From positions 334,056 through 398,055 of the forward strand of contig NW_013657660.1 of NCBI RefSeq assembly GCF_000142905.1: 64,000 bases of DNA, given 5' to 3'. Shown in pieces: positions 1-13,200 of the stretch. Numbering within the stretch: the stretch's first letter is position 1; each line of letters starts with the position of its first letter. The notes below the pieces were generated by a model. That model was given only the letters and a program-made list of their open reading frames with translations. It was not told the DNA's origin and made no database searches. Source of the DNA: Thecamonas trahens ATCC 50062. Its lineage: Eukaryota > Protista > Apusomonadida. The position numbers and the translations under genes are program-made.

Positions 1-2
1 GG

Positions 3-1125
3 CGTGCGCGCCACGTCTTCCTTCAGCCCATCCACGTCCTTCGCCTCCTCCGCGAGCTGTATCAGTTCCAGCGGCGGCTTGGCATTGCGCATCTCGGCGT
101 CATCCACAAGGTGTTGGCCCGGTCCGACGCGTCCATGGCCGCCCTCTCGATCGACGAGGCCGAGACACTCGCCATCCCCATTCCAGACCTGTGCGGCGCC
201 CACAACTACCATGTAATCCGCATGCGCGCCTTTATTGAGCGGCAAGAGATCCAGGTGAAGGATCTTGTCCGCGCCTACGCCACCGAAGTCAAGCACGTGG
301 TCATGTACACCCGTGCCGACCGCCTCGAGCTCATCCACGGCATCCTCGCCGAGTCGCCAGGCGCCTCGCAACTTGACGGCTACTTTCCCGAAGACGAGCT
401 CCAGCAGTCGCTCTTCAACTCGCTCATCCTCGACGTCGCTGCGCCCGAAGGCGCCGCCATCCGCAAGTTTGTCAACAAAACCGACGCCGCCGGCGCTTCT
501 CTCGACCCACAAGCTGTCGTCGGCTTTGTCGACGCCCTCGCCAACGACCTCGCCGTCATGTACCGCGTCGCTGACGCTGACGCCGCCCGCTTGCACATGC
601 TTGTTGCACGCGCCGTCATCCCGCGCGTCATCGCCCCATCTGTGCCTACCTCGAGGCGCAGACCAGCGATCGCGACGCCGTCTTTACCTCGCAGGCCGCA
701 TGGCTTCGCAAGCTTCCCCCCAGGACTTTGGTGTCTCGGAGCTGTTTGTCGCCGGCGCTGCTGCCGCCTGCTTGCCGCTCTGCGCAGACGCCATCGCACT
801 CGCCGAGGATCTCCCGTTCCACATCGTACCGTCAGACGTCGCCGCCAACCTTGTCGCCTTTGCTCGCGCCATCTACGATCAGCCAACCTTGGATCCGGAC
901 TCGTCCGCCACTCTTGGCGCCGACGACACCTTTCCCGTTGTTGTCTATGCCCTCGTCCACTCGGACCTCGCCACACCCTGGGCCGTCCTCGACTTTCTCA
1001 ACGCCTTTTGCTCTCGCCCACTCTTCCCCTCGGAAGCCCAGTACTGCGCCGTCACCGTCGAGGCCGCCCTCACCCACATCAATCAGGTCTCGCCGGCCGA
1101 CATCGACAAGCACCGCACCCCGTAG
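3..1125 (+). CDS. VPS9-domain Rab5-family GEF, 5'-truncated at window edge, with two apparent frameshifts (C-runs 634-637 and 716-721)
   Basis: The C-terminus carries the VPS9 motifs 'LGADDTFPVVVYALVHSDL' and 'SEAQYCAVTVEAALTHI'. The frame is open from base 3. Adding one C at each run gives the continuous reading ...VIAPICAYLEAQTSDRDAVFTSQAAWLRKLPPQDFGVSE... Confidence 0.75.
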
Positions 1126-1160
1126 CCACGCGGTGTTTCTGTGGTAGCAGCTCAGGCCGC

Positions 1161-1220
1161 CGTCGGCGATGCTCCGTTGGCGATGCTCCGTCGGCGATGC
1201 TCCGTCGGCGATGCTCCGTC
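1161..1220. repeat. 14-bp tandem repeat (GGCGATGCTCCGTC) x4 downstream of the VPS9 gene
   Basis: Read directly; one copy has a C>T change. Confidence 0.9.
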
Positions 1221-1440
1221 TGAGGGCAAACAACAACGATGACATCAGTCCGCTTCTGCAGAGAGAAAAATATATGTGTGTGTCCCGTCCCGTCCGTCCA
1301 CATTGTTGCGGTGGTGCGGCCCGAAAGCAGCGTTTTTTTTGCCCCCCGTCCCCCCTCCCCTCTCCCCCCTTCCCCCCACCCCCCACCACCCCACCTGGCT
1401 ACCTTTCCACACCGACATCCACACTCATCGCCTCCTGCGC

Positions 1441-3242
1441 ATGGAGTCGACACGGTCACTGGACCGCCTCCCTGTGGGCAATGGAGTTGTGCCTGGGCGG
1501 CGTGTGCGCAGTCCGCTCAAGAACAAAGGTGCCCGGTCACTCTTTCCCTTCCCCTCCCTCCCCCCCTCTCCGGCTGGCCGCCGGCACGTGCCGACCGGCC
1601 AAGGCGGTGCCCAAAGTGGTGGTCTCGGCCGGGCTCGAGGGCAGGGGAAGGGGCAGCGGCAGGGGCAAGTACACCGCCAGGGACACCATACTCGACATGG
1701 TCATGCTCAGTCTGCTCGTGGTGGCCTGCGTCGTCCTCCTCGCATGGCCCCGCGGAGCCGGGAACCCCCGCGTTCGCACGGCCACCACGGCGGCCAGCCG
1801 ACGACGGCCAATCGTCCGCTGCCGCCGCCGGCAACGTCGACCGCTCTGGCCACCGCTTCGAACCAGCCAGGCCTTCGTCGCCGCCCGAGTGCAAGCCGCC
1901 CGCCGCAGCCGCAGCCGCCGCAGCCGCAGTCGGTCCACCAGGTCGAACCGCCCACGCTCGAGAACGATTTGCACGCTTGGACGCCCGCAATGATCTCGCT
2001 CCTCCTCACAGACATGACTCCGCTGGTTGTCGACAACCAGCTCGAGCCGCCGGCAGTCGATCCGGCAGTCGAGTCAGCCGCCGTCGACGCTCTCTTCTTT
2101 GACTCGGATTCGGAGACGATGGCATTTTCGCCGCACGACCCCATCGACATTGCCTCTATCTTGGTCTCGCCCGCCGCCTTTCCTGCCGCGTCTCCAGCCG
2201 GCAAGCACTCGGTGGCTTCGCACTTGCGATCGCCATCGGTTCTCCCACTGCTACCCACCACACCGTCTACCTCTGCTCACGAGCTCGGCCCCATCGGGCC
2301 GGCGCTTTTCTCTCACTCTGAGCCCGTCGTACCGCCCGCGCCTCCCGCCGAAACGGCCTCCCCGCACAGCCTCGCGCCCATTGCGCCGCCGACTGTCATT
2401 GACTCTGCCATTACTGTCGATTCCGACTCGGACGCCGAGTCTGACGACGCTGCCATAGCAGCCTTTGACTTTGCCCTCGAATCGGAAATCTCATTCATGG
2501 ACGTCCTGGCCACATCCGCCGAGCCCGTCGAGCCAGACGAGCCCGTCGCCGTTGAGCCCTCCCCGTCTCCCTCCCCCTCCCCCTCGTCATCACTCTCTAA
2601 CTCGCCTTGCCCGTCACCGCGGCCCATCGCCGCCGACCCCGCACCCGCCCAGGCTGTCAACCCCTCGCCTCACGCCACCCCGCCGCGGCCTCCAACAAGC
2701 CGAATGTCATCACGCCCTTGCTGGTCGCTCTCGCCATGATCATTCCCAACATTCACAGATACGGCACCATGGCTATCCGTGCCCACCCGCTGCGGGTCCT
2801 CGCCATCTTTGCTGCATGCCTTGGCCTCCCGTCGCTCGCCCTTGTTTTTCCGGCCCCGGTCGCCCTCCTCTTTGCGCTTGCCGCAAGCATCTCATTCATC
2901 GCACTCTCGCCGGCGCCGCGGCTCTGCACCACCGTGGTCTCGGCTTGCCTCCTCTCACTCCTTGCCGCTTCAGTCACCGGCTTTATTGTTCCTCTCAATG
3001 GAGCTGAACGCATCCTCAGCGCCTGCATCGTCCTGCTTACCTGGCACACGCGACCGGCATGGCCCGCCGCAGTCTGGCTTTCTCTGGCTGGCCAGGCCAT
3101 GGTCGCCCGCACCCCACTTGGCACCAACTACATCACGCACTGGTTTTGCAGCCTGGTGGCCCTCGCCACAGTCCACGTCGCCACCGCGCCTGCGTCGCCG
3201 CCGGCTGCCGCGCATCGCCGCGCTGTGCCGCCTGCCCAATGA
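1441..3242 (+). CDS. Hypothetical protein with a Pro/Ser/Asp-rich disordered region and a C-terminal multi-TM segment; probable frameshift near 2661-2681
   Basis: ORF 1276..2739 (ATG at 1441) overlaps ORF 2607..3242, which has about 5-6 hydrophobic helices. One extra C in a C4 run joins them. The 5' structure and any introns are uncertain. Confidence 0.45.
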
Positions 3243-3245
3243 ACA

Positions 3246-6200
3246 TCACAAGTCGTAGTGTGACGGCGAGCTCCCGCTCCCGCCGCCGCCGAACTCGCGA
3301 GCCATGTTGACGTTGAACAGAATCGACGGTGAGCCAAAGAACGAGTCGCCGCCCTGCATCAGACCCGAGGCAAGCGACGCCGCAGACTCAAATCGCGACC
3401 GCCCGACCGACGACGCACCGTCGTAGAACGAGCCGCCGTCCCCGACGCGCCCGACAGCGAGATCGCCGCCGTGTACAGCGCAGCTCTCTCGGACCGGTGC
3501 CGCCGCGTGCGGAACTGCTGGTGTCGCCGCCACATCGCGATACCGACCGCGACAGAGAGAAGGCACGAGACCGAGGCCGCCAGAATGATCGGCCGGAAGC
3601 ATTGCGAGCCGGTGCACGTCGACGACTCGGACTGCAGGTGAATCCATTTGACGCCGTCAGCAACGCTGGCCCCAATCGCTTGCCCGAGCGAGACTCCGGC
3701 AAGCACAATTGGAAAGTGGTTGACCGAGAAGCAATCGCGGATCATAAGCGGCATGAGCGCGTCGACCGCACCGTACAGCAGCCCGGTGCCGGCCAGCCCG
3801 GCCTCAATCAGCCACTGGTGCGCGTACGAGAGCAGCAGGTGTGCCACAGACATGAGCGTCGAGATTACAATGACCGAATACGAGTGATGGACGTGCGGGA
3901 GCGCTTGCGTCAGGTTGCCCTCGAACAACGCGCCGACAAACCGCGCCAGCCCAAACAGAGCGTACGCCAGCGACACGTTCGCCTTGCGCCCCGCCGCCCG
4001 CTCGATATCGCCAATGTACGACACAACCGCGGCGGTAAAGCCCTGGCAGAGGGCGGCAACCAGGAACAGCGACTGGAACTCACTCGACGCCACAAGATCG
4101 CGGACAGCAAGGACCGGCGACGACGAAAACTTGAACCATGACGGCGATGTGAACCGTGCAGACGTCGGTAGCGCCATCGTGCCCACCGCGGCCTCATGCG
4201 CCACTCCGCCAACCCCGTGACCAGCCCCGAGCGTGGCACCCAGCACGTAGTCGGCAGCTGCGCGGTTTGGCGCGAGCCCGACCGAGTACGACCGGTCGCG
4301 AACCAGCGAGAGCGACGACGCCGAAATCCGCCGCGACATGGCAGACACGCCGCGGACCCGCGCCAGCCGCGCCTCCATCTGCATCACAGGGTTAAACTGC
4401 ATCGGAAGGAGGACGCCAACCCACGAAATGACGAGGAGGAGCATGGCCAGCCAAAAGAACATCGCATGGACGCTGACGTCAATGCTCAAAAGCGCAAGGC
4501 CCTGCAAGGCCCCGCCGAGCGCCGGCACACCCTGCACAAAACCGACCACGGACGATGCCCACGAGAACTGGAGTAGAACAAGGACAGTCCACAGCGCAGA
4601 GAGCTGGATGGCATATGAGCCGAGCTCCACCGCAAGAATGCACATGCACAGCGGCGCTACGACCGCAGTGACCTTGGAAAACGACATGACCCACATGCCC
4701 ATGTACCCGAGCCAGACCGCCACTCCCGAGACAAGCACCGCTCGCCGCGGCCCGAACCGCTCCACAGCATAACCGGCAACAAGCCCGAGCCACCGCCCCG
4801 ACAGCCTCGCCATCTTGACCCAGTACGCGTCGTTGGCCGTAATGCCAAACAGCTTCTCCATGTGCTCTGAAAAAAACGCCGCCGCGTACATCGACGCCGT
4901 GCCAAACGCAAGCGTGCAGCACGCCACAACCACCAGCGTCACTGACGGGAGCCACGCCTCGGCCAGACACCAAACATCAATCGACCGCACCATCACAGCA
5001 TCCACAATCTCCTCCAACGACTCCCACGCATACGCGCCCATCGCTGGTAACGTACCTGCGCGCTCACTGTCGTCTGTCTGCGCCCGCAGCCGCGCTCCGC
5101 CGCTCACACCGTTGATTGAGCCGCCCAGCAGCGGTGAGTGCTCGTCAAACGTCCGCTCCGAAGATGCCGTTGACTCGTCCACTGCCCGCCGCGATCGCCG
5201 CCAGCAGCATGCCAGTGACTGCTCGCCAGACATCGACCACACCAGCAGCACCGAGGAGTGGTGCGACGAGACAAAGAGGTCCTGCGCCCGCGACCACTCG
5301 TACGCCGCCTCAGACGAGAACACATGCCGCGTCACCGCGTCCATAAACGTCCGCGCGTAGCCTGTCGCCGCCACAAGCGCCGATTCGCGGTCGTCCAGCC
5401 CGCCAAGCGCCCGCCCGCATCGTGCAGACGCCCGCCACAGCCACGAGCCCTCGCCGGCTGAGCAGTCCGGCAGGTAGTTGACAATCCGCAGCCCGTAGAA
5501 GACACCTGTCGAGGGCGAGCCCACAAAACGCGCCGCAGCCAGCCGATCCTCTAGCGCCGCGCGAGTCTCGGCATCGACAGCACCCCAGTTGGGCACCGAA
5601 ATGGCCACAATCGACAGGTCGTAGTCCTGCCACCCAAGCCCGGCTAGAAAGTGAACGTCACGCGCGAGCTGCGCAAGCACAGGCTCGACCCGCTCGAGCT
5701 TGACATTGGTCGAGAGCCCGTAGCCTGACTCGCCCCATCCATTGACCGGATGAAAGGCAAAGTCCTCCACAGCGCCCAGTAGATTCAACTCGTCCAGCGC
5801 AGACGTGGCCAGGAACCAAATGTTCTCTTCCACCATGTACCCCATGTTGTACACCATGAACAAGCCGAATAGGTCGTTGACAAACGTCGTCGCCTCGTTC
5901 TCCAGCCGCGCAAAGAGCGCATCGAGCTCGCGCTCCGCGTCCGCCAGCCAGCTCGGCGACTTGAGGATGGTGCGCGAGATGTAGAGCGAGGAGGTGCCAA
6001 GCCGCAGGTGCGGCTGGCCTGACGCGTCGATTTCTTCCACATGCGCCACTCCGCCGGGGCGGTGCTCGCGGATCCGTGCCATCCACACCTCACGCTCGCG
6101 TGCGCTCCCGGCTTCGAGTACCCAGCTCTGCTTGACAAACAGCGGATCCTCGGCTTCGTGCACCGTCAGCTGCGTCTCGGTCATCGAGACCAACTGCTCC

Positions 6201-7960
6201 GGCGAGTCCATCGTCACCGCTGCGCTGCTCTCCAGTGACTTGTCTTCCAACACCGTCACAACAAACGGGAACTGCGGCGTCGACACAGTCGACGGCGTCA
6301 TGTAGCTCGGCAGCTCGCAGTACTCGACGGGCTCGACCTCGACCAGGTACTCGAGCGGAATCGAGCCAGCGTACGCCACGTCGTCAGTGTCGGATGCGCC
6401 CGACGACGAGATGCCAAACCCAAACGAGGTCGTCCGCTTCGCCGCAGGCCCGTTGGCCCGGAATAGCGACGGCTCGCGCCGCTGAGGCGACGCCAGCTGC
6501 GCCCGCGCCGCAAGAATCGCCGCCGCCGCTCCGCGCGACTCCGAGCCCACAGGTGTATCCAGTGTATGATCAGAGCACACCGGCGAGTCGCTGCTCGTCA
6601 GAAAGTAGTACAGCTTGTCCCCCACAAGCCGAAAGTTGTAAGTCGACCGCAGCGGCGACCGCCATGGGTTCATCACCTCGCGGCACCGAGGTTCAACAGA
6701 GCTGATCAGCGCCAGGTCGCCAGCGTAGTCGAGTAGGTGCGGGCCAAGGAGCGGCGCAGACTCTGCGCCCGACACCTTGAGCTGTTCAAAGTAGAAGAAC
6801 TCACGCCAGTCGTCCTGGCCCTCACGCTCCACAAGATCAACTGCCTCGCGATGCGCCCGCGTCTTGGTCTCGTACAACCGTGCAAACGGGACAGAAAACT
6901 TGCTCGCGTTCGACTCGGTCGACCGCAACGCGCCACCCGTTGATCCAAAAAGCGTCGACGAGCTTGAAGTCGCGTACATCATGTTGCGCGAGAACGAGGT
7001 CCGCCCAGTCAGGTGCTTCATCAGCTCCTCCCACTCTTGCAGCCGCCGCAGATCACCGAGCTTAATCGATGCTGGCAGCGTTCGGTGCCCGCCAAGAATC
7101 GACTTGACGTTTGACCAGAGGACAAAGAAGACCGTGCCGTTGACAATGCCGTGGATGCCGACCACCAGCACCTGCGACAACGCCAGCCACGCCGGGACTG
7201 ACCCGGTCGCTGCCAGGCTGATCTCCTGCCCGATAAAGAGCGAAAAGATGACTGCAAAGCCGCCGCAGTACCACACCACGTACGAGAGCAGCGCCGCGTT
7301 CCATCCCAGCTGCTTGGTCGAGAGCATGCGAAAGGCGAGAACAAAGACGTACAGGTTAAACACGTACGCCAGAGAGAGGGGAATGTCAAACAGCACAATC
7401 CGGCACGACGACGGCTGGATCCAACAGAGCCGGGACTGGGCGTGGATCGGGCCGACCGAGTCGCCGCACGGCAGCACCATCCAGACAGTGGAGAGAAAGG
7501 CACAGGTGAGGATGCCGACCACCGTCATCCACTCTTTGAAGAAGAAGAATCGAATCGAAGCAGACCGGATCTGGTGAAAAACGTCCAGCCCGATGGTAGT
7601 GTGGATCCCGATCCATGCCGTGAGAAAAAACTGCGTCTGAACAGCCTCGAGGTGGCAGGCCACTGAGCTTGTTACCAGCGTCGACATGACGAGCGGAAAC
7701 TGGACAGTGGAAAACACGTTGCAGATAGCCATGTACTTGATCATCCGTAACGTCTTGATCCGCGAGAGCACAGGATGGTTGTGCACCACAAAGGCAACCA
7801 GTAGTCCGACAAATATCGAGATAATCCCCGCAACGCCCAGTGTGTAGTCGAGCCATGACGGCGCCTCGATCGGCGCAGGTGTCGTCGAGTTTGGAAGTGG
7901 TGGTGGTGGGGGGGTGGTGGGAGCGTGGTGTTCCCTACCATGCCCCAACCTTCGAACCAT
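3246..7960 (-). CDS. Fusion protein: cAMP-receptor-like 7TM GPCR + degenerate PIP kinase domain with inserted PH domain + nodulin-like MFS transporter
   Basis: One ORF (3359..8146, likely ATG 7960). 7TM at about 7855-7115 ('CHLEAVQTQFF', 'LCWI', 'GIVNGTVFF'). PH at about 6675-6060 ('FRLVGDKLYYF', 'GSIPL', 'LEAGSAREREVWMARI'). PIPK-like motifs 'LAQLARDVHFLAGLGWQDYDLSIV' and 'YARTFMDAVTRHVF'. About 12-TM MFS at 4955-3530 ('GYAVERFGPRR'). The C-terminus probably extends to the stop at 3246 via a +1 G at 3440-3443. Confidence 0.8.
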
Positions 7961-8287
7961 GCTCCCATACTTGGTGGTGCAATGTGCGGGGGAGGGAAAG
8001 GTGTAGGAATGGCGACGGGGAGGGGGGGGGGGGAGGAGTGTGAGGTGGTGGTACAGTCTTGGCTGGCGGAGGAACGAGTGCTGCGTCGACAGCCCGGACC
8101 GTGCACGAATGTCACAGGATATCGTGACTACAGCGTGACTTGACAAGGGTGTTTGCTAATGCGATGGTTGTAGAGGGTCCAACAGAGCTCACTGACAACG
8201 CAAGACATGTGCCACGAGGAGGCACGCGCGGCAAGGGTAGCAGAGGTGGCAAAGCGGGGGGGGGGGTGGGGGGGAGAGATGGCATCA

Positions 8288-10234
8288 TCACGAGCGACGG
8301 GTAGTCGAGTCGCGAAGACGCGAGCCCGAGCCCGAGGAGCGCAGTGGAGCCGGCTGTGCGGCCGAGGGTGAGCTGGTGGGCGGGGCGTCTGAGCGGCGCT
8401 TGCGACGCTTGTCGCGAGACGAGCCCGAGCGCGGGTCGCGGGCCAGGGATGTGTTGACGCGGGTCGACGAGCCGCCAGGCGACTGGTTGGGCAGGGCCGA
8501 GCCGCCCGGGGTGGCTGATGAGCCATTGCGGGCGACATTGGAGACGCCTGTGCCCGAGGCGGCAGCCGGCGGAGTGGCCGGCGGAGCGGCAGACGACGAG
8601 GCAGGCTTGGCTTCGTCGGCCTCGCTATGGAGCACGGTCCAGTCGTAGACGTAGTCGTAGGCGTAGCCCTCGCGGATGAAGAGGTCGCGGAAGATGATGC
8701 GACAGTAGTCGTAGTCCGGGCGCTCGTCGAACCGGAGCGAACGGGTGTAGGTGATGTACTTGACAAACTCCTCGGGCAGGCCGGCGCAGAGGTCGTCGAC
8801 AAGGACCTCAAGCTTCTTGTCGCGGATCTTGTCATACTTTTGCTTCTTGTTTGCCGCCTTGAGGCCCTGCCACGGCAGCGAGCCGCGGAGCAGATACAGC
8901 AGGACGTAGCCGAGCGACTCCAGATCGTCACGCCGCGACTGCTCGATGCCGATGTGTGTGTTGATCGACGCGTACCGTGCTGTGCCCGTCAGATTCTTGC
9001 CTTCCTTGTACTTGATGTGCTTGCCCGTCCGCGGGTCGATGTACCGCTTCGAAAGGCCAAAGTCGATGACGTTGACCTCGCCGGCGTGCTTGCCGATCCC
9101 CATGAGCAGGTTGTTCGGCTTGACGTCGCGATGGATGAGGTGCCGCGAGTGGATGTACTCGAACCGGGTGATCAGCTGCTCCGCCAGCATCAGCACAGTC
9201 TTGAGCGAAAACTTGCGCCCGCAAATCTGGTGCAAGTCCTCCAGCGACGGGCCGAGCAAGTCCATCACCAGCACATTGTAGTCGCCATCATGCCCGAACC
9301 ACCGCACGTGCGGGATCCCGATCCCGCCAGACAGAATCCGATACAGCATCATCTCTGACTGCAGTTGCGGATGCCGCGTCCGCCGCGGCTCCTACTCCCC
9401 AACAAACACACGGAAATCAGTCGCATCAGTTTCCCTCACACAAACTCTCTTCGCGCCTGGGTCCAGCAGCATGCTCTGCCCACTCCCGCTCGCTCTTGCC
9501 CCGCCTTCTCTACCCCTTCCCCCCTCCAAGGTGCAGTGCCGTTCCAAAAAAACGGCAACGAGCCCCGGCCCGCACACGGACTGCCCATAGAGGGACCGGG
9601 ACCACCCCGCCGCTCGCCCGAACACGCCCTTGCCATGCCGCTTTCCCTTCCCAGCCTCACCCAAACCTTAAACACCCTCCTGGGGTGCACCCTCTGCCAT
9701 GCGACACGCCCTGCACCAAAGTCTAGCGGGCGAGGGGCGAATCGGGCGCGCTTTGGCCGCAAGCCGGCAGCTGCGGCAGCCAAATTTGCCGCCAGCCGAA
9801 ACGAATGAATGTTCGGCCACGAGACAGGGCGGGTAAACCAGGCCGAGAGCGAGGCCACCATGGGTGTGGGCTTGGTTCATATGGAAGGGAGAAGGGAGGG
9901 AGGGTATTGCATGGAGGCGAGGGGGGGAGGGGAGGGGGGGGAGGGAAGGAGGGGGAGACCTCGAGGGCAACGGCAGAATGTGAAAGGCCTCAGCGGCGGG
10001 CAAAGCGCCCACCACTCGCTACAACCCCCTTTCGACCCACCAGTGGCGTACCAGCTTGATCGCCACCTCCTCGCCGGACTTGAGGTCGGTGCCGAGGTAG
10101 ATGTCACCAAAGGAGCCCGAGCCGATTTTGCGGATGGGGACATAGGTGTTACCAAAGCAAATCTTGCGCGACCGTGCCCGGCCGCGCTTCCTCTCCGACG
10201 AGCTCTTCTTGTCTCCGGTCCGTCGCGACGACAT
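8288..10234 (-). CDS. CK1: Casein kinase 1 (delta/epsilon-like), 2 exons: 10234-10052 and 9391-8288
   Basis: Motifs '[13 protein letters not shown]', 'EVAIKL|[10 protein letters not shown]', 'LLGPSLEDL', 'HRDVKPNN', 'IDFGLSK', '[27 protein letters not shown]'. Phase-0 intron GTACGC...TAG at 10051-9392. Confidence 0.95.
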
Positions 10235-10295
10235 TGGGGAGACGAGTGTTGCCGCCCGCGCGTGCAATGGCATTTGCTCACTGAGGAGAGCCAAT

Positions 10296-13200
10296 TCAAC
10301 GCAGGGCTGTCTGTCCGGGGTGTGGCCGCGCCCGGGAGGGAACGACGCGAAGATCTGGAGACGATGAGCCGCGAAAGACGAGGCTAGGAGTGGCACTGCC
10401 CCCACTCGCGATCAAAGGCTCGGGGCTGCGTGAGAGCCGGAGTGGTGGGAGCGGCGAGGCATAGCGGTGTTCAGCTTGGCGACGCTCCGAGTGGCGCGAC
10501 GGCGAGCGAGTCGGCGTCGGCGAACGCGACGGTAGCCGCCGCCCACGGCTTGCTGCGTTTGCGCGCCGTTCGGCGTCGGCATACTGCCGCATGACTCGAT
10601 CCTGGTATGCAGCCTCAGTGGCGGCCATGGTGGCAGCACGGTGGTTGCGGACGGCGGCGGCACGCTCGGCGGCATCGCGCTCGGCGGCCAGTCGCGTCTC
10701 GCGGTGCAAGGCGCGCAGCTTAGCGTGATCACGCAGCAACTGTTTGTGGGCGTGGCGGAGACCATTAATCTGCGACTGAAGGTCGCGCACTGCACGCTGG
10801 TAACCATCCTCACGCTCGCGGTAGTTATGGACCTGGTTTGCAACGTGGGTGAGCTCCAACTCGCGGGCCCGTGCACGATGCAGCTCTGGCCCAAGCCGCC
10901 GCTGCAGCTCATGAATGACCTTGGCCTGCCGCTGGATTCGGAGCAGGAGCCGTGTCGCGTCCGGCGCGCCTGAGGCCGCAGCGTGGAAGACTGGGACCAG
11001 CTCGCGGAGAGAGAGCGACGCCGCGTGCAGTGACGCGGCCACAACCTCGGGCGCCGCGTCAGCAGCCCCAGCATCCTCCAGCGCAACCTCGATCGGCGCC
11101 CACTTGGATACACTAGCCACCGAGGTGCAAAACGCGCGCAGCCTGTCATCGGTCGTACGGAGCACTGCCTCTTGCTCTGCATACATCCGCACAAGCTCGG
11201 CATAGGCTTCGACAAGAAGTTCATGCCCAGCTTGTGGCGCCGACGCCGACGCCGACGCCCCGGAGCCCGTGTCCGACGCAGCCACCGCGCCCAGCCGCAC
11301 AAGCGCACGCTGCTTGGCAGTGTGCGAGATGCGGTGAAGCGTGGCAGACTCGGTCTCGATGTCGTACCGCGGCGCTGGCGTCGCTGTCGCCGCAGCTCCA
11401 ACAGACCGCAGACGAGGCACAGATGAGTTCGGGGAGTCCGCAGCTGGCTCAGCAAGGCCAATAGCCCGAGACACCCGCGCCAAAACCCGTGGTGAAGGTG
11501 GCCGTGAGCTTGCGGCCGACGTCGGCGCAGAACCGATCGGGGTCGATGCTGCGGAAGTCGACGCCGCGGCCGCCCGCTTGGCGGCCTGTAGGAACCGCAT
11601 CTGCCGGATTTTGGCCTGTGACTTGGCCAGCTCGGCTTCAAGAACCTCGACCTTTTCTTGAGCGACGTCCGCCACCACTTGTCGGCAATCCGCTGCTTGC
11701 GCAGCTGCTTCAGCGCCACGAGGTCGGCGTCCGACGCCGACAGCGGCGGCGGCGCTGGAGACGACGGAGTCGGGGGGAGCTTGTCGTCGCCTGCACCCTC
11801 GGCCCCGATCGGCAGCCGCGCATCCATCTCAAAGGTCCGTGCTGCGAGCGCCGGCTCGCAGACTTGAAACAACTCGGCCTGGCCAAGGCCCTTCAGCTCA
11901 TGGATGCCAATTGATGAAATGGGAGCGTCAAAGTCGTCCGGCAGGAGCGAGCGCGAAAGCTTGGAAATGACAACCTGACCGCCCGAAGACCGCGACTCGA
12001 CACGCGCCGACCGGTTGACCATCGGTCCAAAGTAGTCCATACGCCCGGTGATCGGGTCGCGCGCGTAAATCGGCTCCCCGGTGTGGATGCCGACACGGAC
12101 TCGGAGGCCGCGGTAGAGAAGCTCGCCATCGTCGCCACGCACTACCTGCGAGTCGGCATTCTCCAGCAACTTGTCCGGCCACGGCGCGTCCAGCAGCGCG
12201 CGCTGGATGGCCAGCCCGCAGCGGACAGCGTTGGCAGTCTCGCTGAACGCCACCATAAAGGCGTCACCCTCGGTCTTGACCTCGTAGCCCGAGTGCTCGT
12301 CGAGCAGGCCGCGAATGATATCGTTGTGCATACCCAGCGCATGCTCCATCACCGCTGGATCAGCCTCCCATTGGCGAGTCGAGCCCTGAACGTCGGTAAA
12401 CATGAGCGTAACGCGACCGATGGGCGCGCCATCGTCGCCGTCGCCGTCATTGCCGTCACTGAGGACTTTGTCAAATAGCGTCGAGTCACCACTTTCTAGC
12501 ATGTCCTGCAGCGTGTACAGCTGTCGTGCCATAGACGCGCGATCGCTGTCGGCGTCAAGCACCGCTTGGTGCGCTGTCGCCAGCTCAGCCTCCAGCGCTT
12601 TGCGCTCGGCAAGAATCGACGCGTACTGAACAGAGACCGTTGCCAATAGTGACTCGGCCTCGTTCTGCGTTACATCGCCACCCCAGCCCTCGGAGAGGAC
12701 CCGGACAATCGAGTCGAGTGCCGAGGCGTCTGCATCCTCGTCGTCGCTATCGTATGCCACAGCGACGCGAGTCGCCAGGTCACCAGTGCTCGTGCCCACA
12801 CTTCGGGTCGAGACCAAACTTGGGTACTTGCGTGACGGCGACGGTGACGGCACCGCAGCCACCGACGCCCGCCGCCGGTGGATGCGAGGGCTCGACGAGC
12901 CCCGCTCCGAGTTGGATCGCTGCATTGACGACACCGAGTCGCGACGGTGCGCATGCTGGCGTTCTTCGGCACCATCCACAGGCTGGGCGTCACCAAAGAG
13001 CGATCGCTGTCGCGACGGCTTTGTGGTCGCAGTCGTTGGAAATGGCGCAGCCGAGTGGAGGGGTGCGGTCGTCGTGAGCGACGAGGTGAGCGCGTCTGCT
13101 CCTGCGACGTCTTGCCCAGTCACTTTGCTCTCGATCGACGTCGAGGAGATCGACGACGACCAAGACGTCGGAGACGAGGCCGAAGATGGTATCCGAGACA

